The translations under genes and the position numbers were made by a program. The notes beneath the pieces are model-generated. The model did no database searches. It worked only from the letters and a program-made list of their open reading frames with translations, and was not told the origin of the DNA. From NCBI GenBank assembly GCA_016839265.1, contig JAEOUO010000002.1:30001-62000 (forward strand): a stretch of 32,000 bases of DNA. The letters are read 5' to 3'. Below are positions 18,193 to 27,674 of this stretch, piece by piece (within the stretch, counting starts at the first letter, position 1; the number at the start of each line of letters is the position of its first letter). Source of the stretch: Candidatus Odinarchaeota archaeon. GTDB taxonomy: Archaea; Asgardarchaeota; Odinarchaeia; Odinarchaeales; Odinarchaeaceae.

Positions 18193-18693
18193 ATGGGAAA
18201 TTTCAGGATACTTAAAAAATCAATTTTAATGTCTACTCGTGTTAAAAAACGATTTATATTAGCTGTATTATTTTACTGTATTCTATCATGGTGGGTTGCT
18301 TTCACAATTCAACTCGGGGATACTTTTCTAGTAGCCCTCGGAATTATAGGCGGCCTTATTATAGCTACTGTTTACGGATTCATCTTATCCCAGTTTAGGA
18401 AAGGGCAGATTGCCACTTTAAAATGTATCGGATGGGGTAACTCTAATATACTACTTTTACTTATCGGTGAAATCTTATTCGTGTCACTTCTAGGTTACGT
18501 GTTAACCTTAGAAATTGATATACATATTCTCGGTGTGAGCACATATTTTGAAGATATATTAATTCAATTTGTTTTCTCCGGTCCAGCTTTAGGCTTAGCT
18601 TTATTAGTTGTAATAATAGCTCAGATACCTGGTATTATTTTAGCCTATTGGAGAACGCTTAAAGTGAGGCCTATAGTAGCTTTAAAAGCGTGA
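18193..18693 (+). CDS. FtsX/MacB-like ABC permease, membrane domain only
   Basis: FRKGQIATLKCIGWG...LLLIGE is the FtsX-like permease motif; C-terminal WRTLKVRPIVALK; 4 TM segments. Confidence 0.85.
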   Translation: MGNFRILKKSILMSTRVKKRFILAVLFYCILSWWVAFTIQLGDTFLVALGIIGGLIIATVYGFILSQFRKGQIATLKCIGWGNSNILLLLIGEILFVSLLGYVLTLEIDIHILGVSTYFEDILIQFVFSGPALGLALLVVIIAQIPGIILAYWRTLKVRPIVALKA

Positions 18694-18694
18694 A

Positions 18695-19402
18695 GTGATT
18701 GAAATGTCGCAAAAAGTCCCTATCATAATTGCTGAAAATGTGTCTAAAGAGTATAGACGTGGAAGAGAAATAGTTAAAGCTTTAGTTAAAGTAAACTTAG
18801 AAGTATACGAGGGGGAACGCGTCTGCTTTTTCGGGCCTAGTGGAAGCGGTAAAACAACGTTACTCAATGTTTTAAGCGGCTTAGATCAACCTACAAACGG
18901 TAGAGTAATATTAGACGGATCTGATACACGGGAGCTTGATGAGAGAATATTCCCGAAGATTAGGAGAGAGAAAATCGGTTTTATATTTCAAGATTTTAAT
19001 CTCATACCTGATTTAACAGTTATTGAAAACGTCTCCTCCCCGCTCTGGCCTACTGATATGAAATCTAAGAAAATCGAGGAACTCGCTATCTCAGTTCTCC
19101 GAGAAGTGGATATGGTTGATAGAAAGGATCATCTTCCTAAACAATTATCAGGCGGTGAACAACAGCGAACCGCTATCGCCCGTGCCTTAATTACTAAACC
19201 TAAAATTTTATTTGCAGACGAGCCGACGGGTAACTTAGACTCTAATACGGGTTTAGAAATTATGAATTTGCTTAAAAAAATTAACTCTCATGATAAAACC
19301 ACGATAGTGGTTGTCACTCACGATGAAAACCTTCTTAAATTCGCTAATAGAGTTTTCGAGGTGGTTGACGGTAAAATCTCATTATATAAACGTAGCCAAT
19401 GA
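18695..19402 (+). CDS. ABC transporter ATP-binding protein (LolD/MacB family)
   Basis: Walker A GPSGSGKT, GFIFQDFNL, signature LSGGEQQR, Walker B ILFADEPTGNLD and VVVTHD. Confidence 0.95.
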   Translation: MIEMSQKVPIIIAENVSKEYRRGREIVKALVKVNLEVYEGERVCFFGPSGSGKTTLLNVLSGLDQPTNGRVILDGSDTRELDERIFPKIRREKIGFIFQDFNLIPDLTVIENVSSPLWPTDMKSKKIEELAISVLREVDMVDRKDHLPKQLSGGEQQRTAIARALITKPKILFADEPTGNLDSNTGLEIMNLLKKINSHDKTTIVVVTHDENLLKFANRVFEVVDGKISLYKRSQ

Positions 19403-19460
19403 GTTTTTATATTATTACTATTCTTTTTATGCTTATGTTATGAGATGAGGGGTGTATTAA

Positions 19461-20126
19461 TTGGCGGATGCGGATTTGTCATCTACTAAGAAGGCGATTT
19501 CTTCTTTTCTGAATATCATTGAACGTAACATTAAAGATATAGATAACAGTCAAATCGAGCGGATGGTTAACGAAATAATATACACTAAAGCTAAGGGTGG
19601 TAGAATATTCGTAGCTGGAACAGGTAGAACAGGTTTAATGGCTAAAGCTTTCGCTATGAGATTGTACCATTTAGGGTTCGATGTTGTAATTCTCGGGGAG
19701 ACAATTGTTCCAAGTGCTTCTAAACGTGACTGTGTTATAACCCTTTCTGGTTCAGGTAAAACTGATTTCACGGTTGACACCGCCTCGATTGCTAAACGAA
19801 TAGGAACCAGAGTTATCGCGATCACAAGTAACCCTGAGTCTCCTTTAGCTAAGTTAGCGGATATTTTAGTAATCGTTAAAGGAAGGACTAAAGACATGGA
19901 AGAAGGTAAATCTGTTTCTTTAAACGGAACTAAAAGTGAAACGATAAAATGGGATGCAAGGCAGCTTACAGGTATACATGCGCCGCTAAGCCCTTTAGGT
20001 TCCCTGTTTGAGTTAACTTTGATGATGTTTCTTGAAGGTGTTATCGCTACTTTAATTGAAAAATTAAATTTAACTGAAGAGGAGATTAAGGCCAGACATG
20101 CGAATATTGAAACTATCAGTTCATAA
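19461..20126 (+). CDS. hxlB: 6-phospho-3-hexuloisomerase (SIS domain, ribulose monophosphate pathway)
   Basis: RIFVAGTGRTGL..KAFAMRL, SGSGKT, PLSPLGSLFE and C-terminal RHANIE. Confidence 0.92.
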   Translation: MADADLSSTKKAISSFLNIIERNIKDIDNSQIERMVNEIIYTKAKGGRIFVAGTGRTGLMAKAFAMRLYHLGFDVVILGETIVPSASKRDCVITLSGSGKTDFTVDTASIAKRIGTRVIAITSNPESPLAKLADILVIVKGRTKDMEEGKSVSLNGTKSETIKWDARQLTGIHAPLSPLGSLFELTLMMFLEGVIATLIEKLNLTEEEIKARHANIETISS

Positions 20127-20212
20127 AATATATTTTTAAATATTTTTCTATATAAAAATATATAAATATTATATTACTTATTAGTAACTGTTAATTGCGG
20201 GTCATGATTTAA

Positions 20213-20917
20213 ATGAAAATAGATAAAATAATTCCTTCACAATTATTCTCTAAATGGGTGCTAACCGTTCAAATCTTAAATTGTATATCTAGTAATAAAG
20301 ATAACACTATCCCTAGAATAATGAAGAAAACCGGTTCAAGCTACACTGCTATTAAAAACATTGTGGAAGAGTTGGTTACCCACGGAATAATTGCAGAGAA
20401 AAAACTCCCTGAATCGAAAGATAGAGGTAGACCACCCAAAACATATACACTTCTAAAACATTTCGAAATAGCCTACCCTCCTAGAAAATACGATTTACTG
20501 CTATCCTATCTTCTCTCTACTTTAAAATCTAAAACTGATTTAAATCTTCCACAACTACTATCAGATATAGGAGTTCACCGGGCTGTTGAAAAAATCTCCG
20601 AGTTAAAGAAACATAATATTAAAATCAACTCTATAAGCGATTTAGCTGAAATCATCAATAAAGATTTAGAAAATGAAAATATACCGCATGACGTTACTGT
20701 TCACGATAACGCGATTGAAATAAAAATATACTCCTGTATATTCAAAAAAATATCCACAGAGTTCTCTCCTTTAATCTGTCTAGTTCACGAAAACTATTAT
20801 TCAAAACTTTTAGAATATATCATAAATGTTGAATATATTATCGTCCCCGCGTCTAATCTTTCTAAAAACGACTCTGAATGTTCTTTTATACTCACATCTT
20901 CGAAACCGTTAATATAA
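20213..20917 (+). CDS. ArsR-like wHTH transcription regulator with a C-terminal V4R-like effector domain
   Basis: HTH followed by RGRPPKTYTL, YPPRKYDLL, and a C-terminal SCIF...ICLVH...CSFIL metal/ligand motif. Confidence 0.85.
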   Translation: MKIDKIIPSQLFSKWVLTVQILNCISSNKDNTIPRIMKKTGSSYTAIKNIVEELVTHGIIAEKKLPESKDRGRPPKTYTLLKHFEIAYPPRKYDLLLSYLLSTLKSKTDLNLPQLLSDIGVHRAVEKISELKKHNIKINSISDLAEIINKDLENENIPHDVTVHDNAIEIKIYSCIFKKISTEFSPLICLVHENYYSKLLEYIINVEYIIVPASNLSKNDSECSFILTSSKPLI

Positions 20918-21097
20918 AGATATCTTGCGTGATCTTAGCTGTATTCTCATATTTTTAGAGGTTCTCAAGTAGATGATAGACACATTTCTGAGAGAAATCT
21001 TAGTTTATATTTTATTTAAAAATCTATAAAAAGTAAAATTAATTAAATACATTCCACATAAAAATAATAAATTTTTTATAATAAAAGGGTGAATTGA

Positions 21098-21781
21098 TTG
21101 AGTGATAAAATTAATTTTTCAGAGAAAATAACTGATAATTTAACTAGTATTATAAGCGGTTTAATAGAAAATTTTCAAACCCTCCTAAGAGGGGAATTAG
21201 ATAAAAAATTTGAGGAAATTAGATCAGAGCTCACTCAGATTGCTGAAAAATATGAAAAAATAAATGAAACCGTCACTGGATTAATCGACGTTCAAAACTA
21301 TTTTAAAACAAAAATAGATGAACTATCCACAGCTTCTGAGAGTAATTTGAAAAACATTGAGAAGATTATTCAATCCGAGTTCGCTGATAACATGGATAAC
21401 CGTTTTAAAATATTTCATGATGAGATGGAGAAAATAATAGATATGAACGCGGCTTTAACTGTAGAATTATCTAATAGACTAGATGAAATGATTGAAAAAA
21501 TAAATGCGCTTTCAGCGATAGAAAATAAACAGCAGGAGTTGATAAATGAACTAGACGACAAAATAAAATCTCAAGTTGAAAAAACATCAGCGGTATTCGA
21601 AAGCAGACTAGACGGATTGCGAAAACAAATAGACGATCAGATAACCCCTGCAATATCTTCTATCCCTAATATTCAAGAAAAACTAAACCAGTTAAATAAA
21701 ATGTTAAACGAGCTGACTAGTAAGATTACAGCTTTAACTGATATAAGTAAACCTGTCGAGGAATCAAATGTTAACGATTAA
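21098..21781 (+). CDS. All-helical coiled-coil / apolipoprotein-like hypothetical protein
   Basis: E/K/I/L-rich amphipathic sequence over the whole length; RBS GGGTGA, TTG start. Confidence 0.75.
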   Translation: MSDKINFSEKITDNLTSIISGLIENFQTLLRGELDKKFEEIRSELTQIAEKYEKINETVTGLIDVQNYFKTKIDELSTASESNLKNIEKIIQSEFADNMDNRFKIFHDEMEKIIDMNAALTVELSNRLDEMIEKINALSAIENKQQELINELDDKIKSQVEKTSAVFESRLDGLRKQIDDQITPAISSIPNIQEKLNQLNKMLNELTSKITALTDISKPVEESNVND

Positions 21782-21861
21782 CTTTTAAAATAAAATTATA
21801 GCTTGCAAATATTATAATAAACTATTTATATTAACGTGTAGATATACTACAATAGTTTAAA

Positions 21862-21907
21862 CTGATGTTATACTCGGTAGAGTTAACATCTACCAGTGTG
21901 ACATCAG
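21862..21907 (+). other. Long stem-loop upstream of a membrane protein gene (candidate structured 5' UTR or small RNA)
   Basis: CTGATGT-TA-TACT-C-GGTAGA-[GTTAACA]-TCTACC-AGTG-TG-ACATCAG forms 19 pairs (two G.U), one bulge and a 7-nt loop. TATA-like TTTATATTAA at 21825-21834. Confidence 0.5.
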
Positions 21908-21926
21908 AAATAAATAAAATAGGAAG

Positions 21927-22370
21927 ATGAGAAATATGCCTGAAGCTTCACTTGCAGGTGCTAAAGTAATATCGGTTCTCATAGGTATAGTCGGTGTTCT
22001 TCTACTAGTGGTGGGCGCGACCTCTATTCTAGCTATCTCAATTCCTGGTCTGCCTCCTGAAATTATTTCAGCTCTCGCATCTTTAAGCAGTAACGCCTAC
22101 ATTCAAATCGTATACGGGTTGATCGCGATCGGCATCGCCGCTGGATTATGGGGCGCTCGAGCTTGGGCTGCAGGAGCAGCCGGCGTCCTGTTACTGATCA
22201 TTCTCGTATCAACAGGTTTCTCTATATACAGTTTATGGACTGTTTACGGATTGTCAGGTCTATACACACTTTTAACAAGTCTTTCAATCCCTCTAATCAT
22301 CACCATTGTAACCTTTATCGTCGCTTTAGCATCAATAATATATTTAGTAGCCGCTAGTGGATGGCGTTAA
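21927..22370 (+). CDS. Small 4-TM membrane protein
   Basis: Four hydrophobic helices and a GLW.ARAWA motif; no firm family. Confidence 0.75.
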   Translation: MRNMPEASLAGAKVISVLIGIVGVLLLVVGATSILAISIPGLPPEIISALASLSSNAYIQIVYGLIAIGIAAGLWGARAWAAGAAGVLLLIILVSTGFSIYSLWTVYGLSGLYTLLTSLSIPLIITIVTFIVALASIIYLVAASGWR

Positions 22371-22382
22371 ACTAAAATTCGC

Positions 22383-22400
22383 TTTCTCTCTTTTTTTTAT
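22383..22400 (+). terminator. Archaeal oligo-T terminator
   Basis: TTTCTCTCTTTTTTTT about 12 nt after the stop at 22370. Confidence 0.55.
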
Positions 22401-22527
22401 TAAATATTAATAGCAGTAATTTTTTGAATAATTTTTAATATTTTTTAATAAAATTTAAAAATATGTTACAATATATTAATTACCAAAATCCCGGGTTAAA
22501 GACACCTGAGGATTATAAGGTGATTGA

Positions 22528-24468
22528 ATGAGGAAGAGTGTAAAATACAGTTTAGCTCTAATTATAGTTCTCTCCCTAGCCGCTGGCGGCCTCATCCTAC
22601 TGTCCCCTTCAAGAGCTCAAGCAGGTGAAACCACGCTTAAAATAGCTCAAGCCGGAGATCCTATAACACTAGACCCGTATGATTCATGGGATTCAGCTTC
22701 GAACGATATTATAGTGAATATCTACGATACTCTTGTCATGTATGTTCCTTCAACACTTAATTTTAGACCGGGTTTAGCTGTCGGATGGCAGATTTTACCG
22801 AACACTACGATTATATTCAATATTCGGCGTAATGTAACTTTCCATAACGGAGATCCTATGACGCCTTACGATGTATGGTGGAGTCTTCAAAGAGTTTTAC
22901 CTGATGCTAAAAGAAGCGCATTATTTAACAGTACCTATATTAATAACGCTACAGCTAATCCGCACGGATATCAATGGGCTGAATTAGTTGATCGGGAAAG
23001 CTGGGTCTGGTTGTTATATGAAAATATTAAAGATATAAGGATGGCTGACATAGGATTCTGGGGTAACACTACTTATACAGGGGATAACGCAACTGCTGGT
23101 GACGGCTGGGCTGAGATAGTGGTTGAATTTGATGCGCCTTTCGCTCCAGGTCTATCTTTATTCTCCTACGCCGCTACTTCAATAGTTAATTGGAGAGTTG
23201 CAACAGAACTAGGACCGACTGGTATGAAATTCGCTCCAGTAGGGGCTGGAACAGGGCCTTTCGCATTTAACTCATGGATATTAAACTATAAAGTGGTCTT
23301 AGATAAATGGCCGAATTACTGGGGTCAGGTAGCGCATGTGGACCATGTTGAATATCAAACTATACTATCCGCTTCATCCAGAACACTGGCGATAACCACA
23401 GGCTTAGTAGACTTACTATATCCGGAGGCAAGTGACTGGTACACGCTAAAAGATGATCCTAACATAGAGACCTGGCAGGAAGCTGGTCTTGGAACAAGAT
23501 ATATCGGCTTCCAGTGTATGCAAAATGTAACAGGCAGAATGTTTGGTATACTCTCAGATTCAACTGTTAGAAAGGCTTTAAGTTATGCGATAAACTATGA
23601 TGAAATCATTAACGGCGAGCAATTCTTAAACGGTTTAGGTACCAGACTAACTCAACCAGTTGTGCCTGCTATAGAATGGGCTTACAACTCATCTATTAAA
23701 CCTGAAAACGAGGGAGGCATTCTACCCTACTATAATTTAACTAAAGCAAATGAAACACTTAATTCACTTGGACTACTCGACGTTGACGGTGACGGCATAA
23801 GGGATATTAAAGGTTGGGCTTCTAATTCAACAGATGACTTTACTCTAATATACGGTTATAACATAGGTAACGCGCTTAGAGAGAGAGTAGGCTACCTGCT
23901 TCAAGACGCATTCGCGCAGATCGGTGTAAAATTAATAGTTCAGGGAGATCCATGGGATGTATTCTTGTATACGAATTTAGCTGCCGGCGTCTATGATTTA
24001 TGGTTCTTAGGCTGGGGTCCAGATTACATCGACCCTGACACGTACTTCTATCCGCTATTCCATAGCAGTTTCGGTGCTGTATACGATAATGATACTGGAG
24101 AATATACTTGGGGTACAAACGCTGCTGGTGTTAATATTTCTACAGTCGACTATTTACTAGACGCTGCTCGAAGTGAAACTAACCAGACTCTTAGAGCAGA
24201 AATGTACATGAATGCTACGAATATACTTATCAACGAGTATGTTTGGGGCTGGTGTTATATCCCAGACAACACCTACGCTTGGAGAACAACGATTAGCGGT
24301 TTCACTCACAGTCCGCTGCTTCAATTCGACGATCTCGAATACGTTGTTAAAACAGCTGGTGCCGGTGCCGGTGTACCTATTGAAATCATAGGTATCGTGA
24401 TCGGTGTAATAGTGGCGGTTGCTGTTATCAGCGGCATCGCTTACTGGAGAAAAGGCTCTGCAGCTTAA
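22528..24468 (+). CDS. Peptide/nickel ABC transporter substrate-binding protein (family 5) with a C-terminal membrane anchor
   Basis: Signal peptide, TLDP, NIYDTLV, PGLA..W, FHNGDPMT..DV.WS, GTGPF, VRKALSYAIN and LGWGPDYIDPD; C-terminal hydrophobic helix ending YWRK. Confidence 0.95.
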   Translation: MRKSVKYSLALIIVLSLAAGGLILLSPSRAQAGETTLKIAQAGDPITLDPYDSWDSASNDIIVNIYDTLVMYVPSTLNFRPGLAVGWQILPNTTIIFNIRRNVTFHNGDPMTPYDVWWSLQRVLPDAKRSALFNSTYINNATANPHGYQWAELVDRESWVWLLYENIKDIRMADIGFWGNTTYTGDNATAGDGWAEIVVEFDAPFAPGLSLFSYAATSIVNWRVATELGPTGMKFAPVGAGTGPFAFNSWILNYKVVLDKWPNYWGQVAHVDHVEYQTILSASSRTLAITTGLVDLLYPEASDWYTLKDDPNIETWQEAGLGTRYIGFQCMQNVTGRMFGILSDSTVRKALSYAINYDEIINGEQFLNGLGTRLTQPVVPAIEWAYNSSIKPENEGGILPYYNLTKANETLNSLGLLDVDGDGIRDIKGWASNSTDDFTLIYGYNIGNALRERVGYLLQDAFAQIGVKLIVQGDPWDVFLYTNLAAGVYDLWFLGWGPDYIDPDTYFYPLFHSSFGAVYDNDTGEYTWGTNAAGVNISTVDYLLDAARSETNQTLRAEMYMNATNILINEYVWGWCYIPDNTYAWRTTISGFTHSPLLQFDDLEYVVKTAGAGAGVPIEIIGIVIGVIVAVAVISGIAYWRKGSAA

Positions 24469-24471
24469 ATA

Positions 24472-24494
24472 CTCTCCCTATTTTTTTTATTTTT
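24472..24494 (+). terminator. Oligo-T tract after the substrate-binding protein gene (partial terminator)
   Basis: CTCTCCCTATTTTTTTTATTTTT directly after the stop; such tracts could give higher SBP than permease expression. Confidence 0.5.
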
Positions 24495-24550
24495 AATGAA
24501 TAGTAAAGTTTAAATTCGATTCTAATAATATTTGTGGAGAGTGTACCTTT

Positions 24551-25567
24551 ATGAAAGGTCTTTACGCTTACATTATCCGTCGTTTAATTCTTCTTATTCC
24601 TGTTGTTTTAGGTGTTATGCTGATTACTTTTATTTTAATGCATTCAATTCCAGGTAACCCTGTCGCTTATCTGGGTGGATCAGGTAAACTTCCGCCTGAA
24701 GCTGTTGAAAAATTAGTTAAAATCTATGGTCTTGATCAACCTTTATTCATTCAATTCTTCCTATATTTAGCTAATCTTTTTCAAGGAAATTTAGGAACAT
24801 CAATATCCGTTAATCCAGGAGCTAATATAACAGATCTTATAGTAACCGCTTTTCCCCATACTGTTGAACTTACAATTTACTCCGCTATTATAATGATTTT
24901 AGTAGGTATACCTGCAGGTGTTATTTCAGCTAAGAAGAGGAATTCTCTGACCGATAATGTAACCCGGGTTGGTGCTTTAATCGGTGTTTCTATGCCTGTT
25001 TTCTGGCTTGGTATAATGCTTCAAATAATTTTCGGTGTTGTTTTTCCAATCTTTCCAATTCTATGGGCTGGTATCCATGAGCCTGCTGTTAAAGTAACCG
25101 GCATATATCTTATAGACGGTTTTATAAGTTTAGATTTCAGAACAATTGTAGACAGTATCATGCATTATGCTTTACCCGCTATCGCTTTAGGCGCTTTATC
25201 TCTTTCAATAGTTACTAGAATGGTCCGCTCCAGCATGTTAGAGGTTCTCGGAGAGGATTATATTAGAACCGCTAGGGCTAAAGGGTGTTCTGAAAACGCT
25301 ACTATTTACAGGCATGCTTTACGTAACTCTCTTATTCCGGCTACAACTGTTATCGGATTGCAGATTGGTGGTTTACTGGGTGGAGCTGTTTTAACGGAAA
25401 CTGTTTTCGCTATTCCAGGTATAGGCAGATTAATAACAGACGCTATAATGAGATCCGATTATCCTCTTGTAATGGCGGGTGTGCTTTTCATAGCGATTAT
25501 CTATATTCTTTCAAATCTTGTGGTGGATGTTTTATATGCGTATCTTGATCCAAGAATAAGATACTAG
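24551..25567 (+). CDS. dppB: Peptide ABC transporter permease (DppB/OppB type)
   Basis: YIIRRL, PGNP, PVFWLG, EAA loop EDYIRTARAKG, HALRNSLIP and DPRIRY. Confidence 0.93.
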   Translation: MKGLYAYIIRRLILLIPVVLGVMLITFILMHSIPGNPVAYLGGSGKLPPEAVEKLVKIYGLDQPLFIQFFLYLANLFQGNLGTSISVNPGANITDLIVTAFPHTVELTIYSAIIMILVGIPAGVISAKKRNSLTDNVTRVGALIGVSMPVFWLGIMLQIIFGVVFPIFPILWAGIHEPAVKVTGIYLIDGFISLDFRTIVDSIMHYALPAIALGALSLSIVTRMVRSSMLEVLGEDYIRTARAKGCSENATIYRHALRNSLIPATTVIGLQIGGLLGGAVLTETVFAIPGIGRLITDAIMRSDYPLVMAGVLFIAIIYILSNLVVDVLYAYLDPRIRY

Positions 25568-25577
25568 GTGAACTTGA

Positions 25578-26627
25578 TTGGCTGATGATGATCGAGCAGT
25601 GAAAAATAAAGGTTTGGACAGTGAGGTCTTTCATATTGGTGTAACTGATTTATCTAGTGGAGTGGTTGAAAGAACTCGGATGCGTCGTTTCCTTGACTTT
25701 TTATCAAGGCTTAAGAATCCTTTAACTATTATCGGTATTGTAATAGTTATCGGTTTAATACTTGCAGCTGTTCTCGCACCTTTCATAGCTCCTTATAACC
25801 CTATTAAAATAGATTTAACTTCTAAGAATCTGCCGCCCAGTTTAGATCATCTTTTCGGTACAGACGGATTCGGTCGTGATATTTTCAGTAGAATTCTCTA
25901 CGGAGCTCAGATATCTCTGTTCGTCGGTATAGTGTCTGTTTTAGGTGCTGTAGTTGTAGGTGTTCCATTGGGTATTTTTTCAGCTTATAGAGGCGGGTAT
26001 ATAGATACTTTAATTATGCGGATTATGGATATTATGCTCGCTTTTCCGAGTATTATTCTCGCTATAGCTATAGCAATGGTGATAGGTGCAGGGATGCACG
26101 CGGTTACTATAGCTATCTTAGTTGTGTCTGTTCCCATATATGCTAGAATAGCTAGAGGATCAGCTTTAGCGGTGATGCAGGAAACATATATTGAAGCAGC
26201 TCGAGCTATCGGTGCTCCCGGTGTTAGAATAATCTTTAAACATATTTTTCCGAACATACTTGCACCTATACTTGTGGAGATGACTCTTGACATCGGATCA
26301 GCTGTTTTATCTTTAGCTGGTTTAAGCTTTCTAGGGCTTGGAGCCCCTCCCCCGTACACTTATGATTGGGGTAGGATGATAAGTGATTACTTCAGTTATC
26401 AAGCCGTAACACGATACTGGTGGCAGTTAACTTTCCCTGGGCTTGCTATAGTTTTCTGCGTTTTAGGATGGAATCTACTCGGTGACGGTTTAAGAGATGC
26501 GATGGATCCGAAGCTTCGATTAAAATTATCTAAGGCGGCTAAAAAAATAATTAAAGATTTGAAGCAGAAACAGCACGCTTTGAAGAGGTCATTTAAATCT
26601 AATAAAAAGGTGGAAGTGGTTAATTGA
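25578..26627 (+). CDS. dppC: Peptide ABC transporter permease (DppC/OppC type)
   Basis: HLFGTDGFGRDIFSRILYGAQISL, YIEAARAIGA, HIFPN, LSFLGLG and NLLGDGLRDAMDP. Confidence 0.93.
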   Translation: MADDDRAVKNKGLDSEVFHIGVTDLSSGVVERTRMRRFLDFLSRLKNPLTIIGIVIVIGLILAAVLAPFIAPYNPIKIDLTSKNLPPSLDHLFGTDGFGRDIFSRILYGAQISLFVGIVSVLGAVVVGVPLGIFSAYRGGYIDTLIMRIMDIMLAFPSIILAIAIAMVIGAGMHAVTIAILVVSVPIYARIARGSALAVMQETYIEAARAIGAPGVRIIFKHIFPNILAPILVEMTLDIGSAVLSLAGLSFLGLGAPPPYTYDWGRMISDYFSYQAVTRYWWQLTFPGLAIVFCVLGWNLLGDGLRDAMDPKLRLKLSKAAKKIIKDLKQKQHALKRSFKSNKKVEVVN

Positions 26628-27661
26628 CAGTGAATGTTTTATTGTCTATTCGAAATCTTAAAACTCACTTCTTCACTGAGGAGGGTGTTGTTCAGGCTCT
26701 TGACGGTGTTGACTTAGAGGTTTATGAAAAAGAGATTATCGGGTTAGTCGGTGAAACAGGCTCGGGTAAATCTGTTACAGCTCTCTCTGTTATGCGTCTT
26801 ATACCGCAACCAGGATTTATAGTAGACGGTGAGATATTTTTTAAAGGGAAACCATTACATTTACTTAGCGAGGAACAGATGCTTCGAATCCGCGGTAAAG
26901 AAATAACTATGATATTTCAAGACCCTATGAATGCGTTGAACCCTGTTTTCACTGTTGGAAACCAGATAGCGGAGACTATTCTACTCCATAATGATGTCAC
27001 TTATAAAGAAGCGTTTAACCAGTCTATTGAACTTTTAAGAAAACTGAATATTCCTAAGCCGGAGAGAATAGTTAACTCTTACCCTCATGAGCTTAGCGGT
27101 GGTATGAGGCAGCGTATTCAAATAGCTATCGGTTTAGCATGTCAACCAGCTTTGTTAATAGCTGACGAGCCTACCACTGCTTTAGACGCTACTATAGAGG
27201 TTCAAGTTCTTGAACTTATTAAAAAACTTAGAGATGAATTTAACACATCTATTATGCTTATAACACATGATTTAGGTGTAATAGCTGAAATGTGTGATCG
27301 TGTAGTAGTGATGTACGCGGGTAACATTGTAGAAAAAACAGATGTTAAAACTATATTTAAACAGCCTCTTCACCCGTACACTCAAGCGCTTTTAGAAGCT
27401 ATACCATACGCTGAGAAAAAGAAGAAAAGCAGGCTTACTACTATTCCAGGTACAGTTCCTAATCTTATAAATCCTCCTTCAGGTTGCCGTTTTCATCCGC
27501 GATGTAAACACGCGATGAAAGTTTGTAAAACACTTAAACCTATGCTACTTGAAGAGCAGCCTGGGCACTTCGTATCATGTTTTCTATATTCTAAAAATAA
27601 AGAGGCTGCGGAAAGTAAAGGAGGCGTATTTGAACCTTTACCTGATAGAATAATTTACTAG
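26624..27661 (+). CDS. dppD: Peptide ABC transporter ATP-binding protein (DppD/OppD type)
   Basis: GETGSGKS, YPHELSGGMRQR, ADEPTTALD, HPYTQALL and a C-terminal PSGCRFHPRC Cys domain. Confidence 0.95.
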   Translation: MTVNVLLSIRNLKTHFFTEEGVVQALDGVDLEVYEKEIIGLVGETGSGKSVTALSVMRLIPQPGFIVDGEIFFKGKPLHLLSEEQMLRIRGKEITMIFQDPMNALNPVFTVGNQIAETILLHNDVTYKEAFNQSIELLRKLNIPKPERIVNSYPHELSGGMRQRIQIAIGLACQPALLIADEPTTALDATIEVQVLELIKKLRDEFNTSIMLITHDLGVIAEMCDRVVVMYAGNIVEKTDVKTIFKQPLHPYTQALLEAIPYAEKKKKSRLTTIPGTVPNLINPPSGCRFHPRCKHAMKVCKTLKPMLLEEQPGHFVSCFLYSKNKEAAESKGGVFEPLPDRIIY

Positions 27662-27674
27662 ATTAACTAGAGGT

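Noticed and set aside
20984-20998. ATTTCT-GAG-AGAAAT palindrome, and nearby ATGATA/CTGA resembling C/D box motifs
   Set aside because: A 6-bp inverted repeat is expected by chance in AT-rich DNA, and no complete C-D'-C'-D arrangement could be found.
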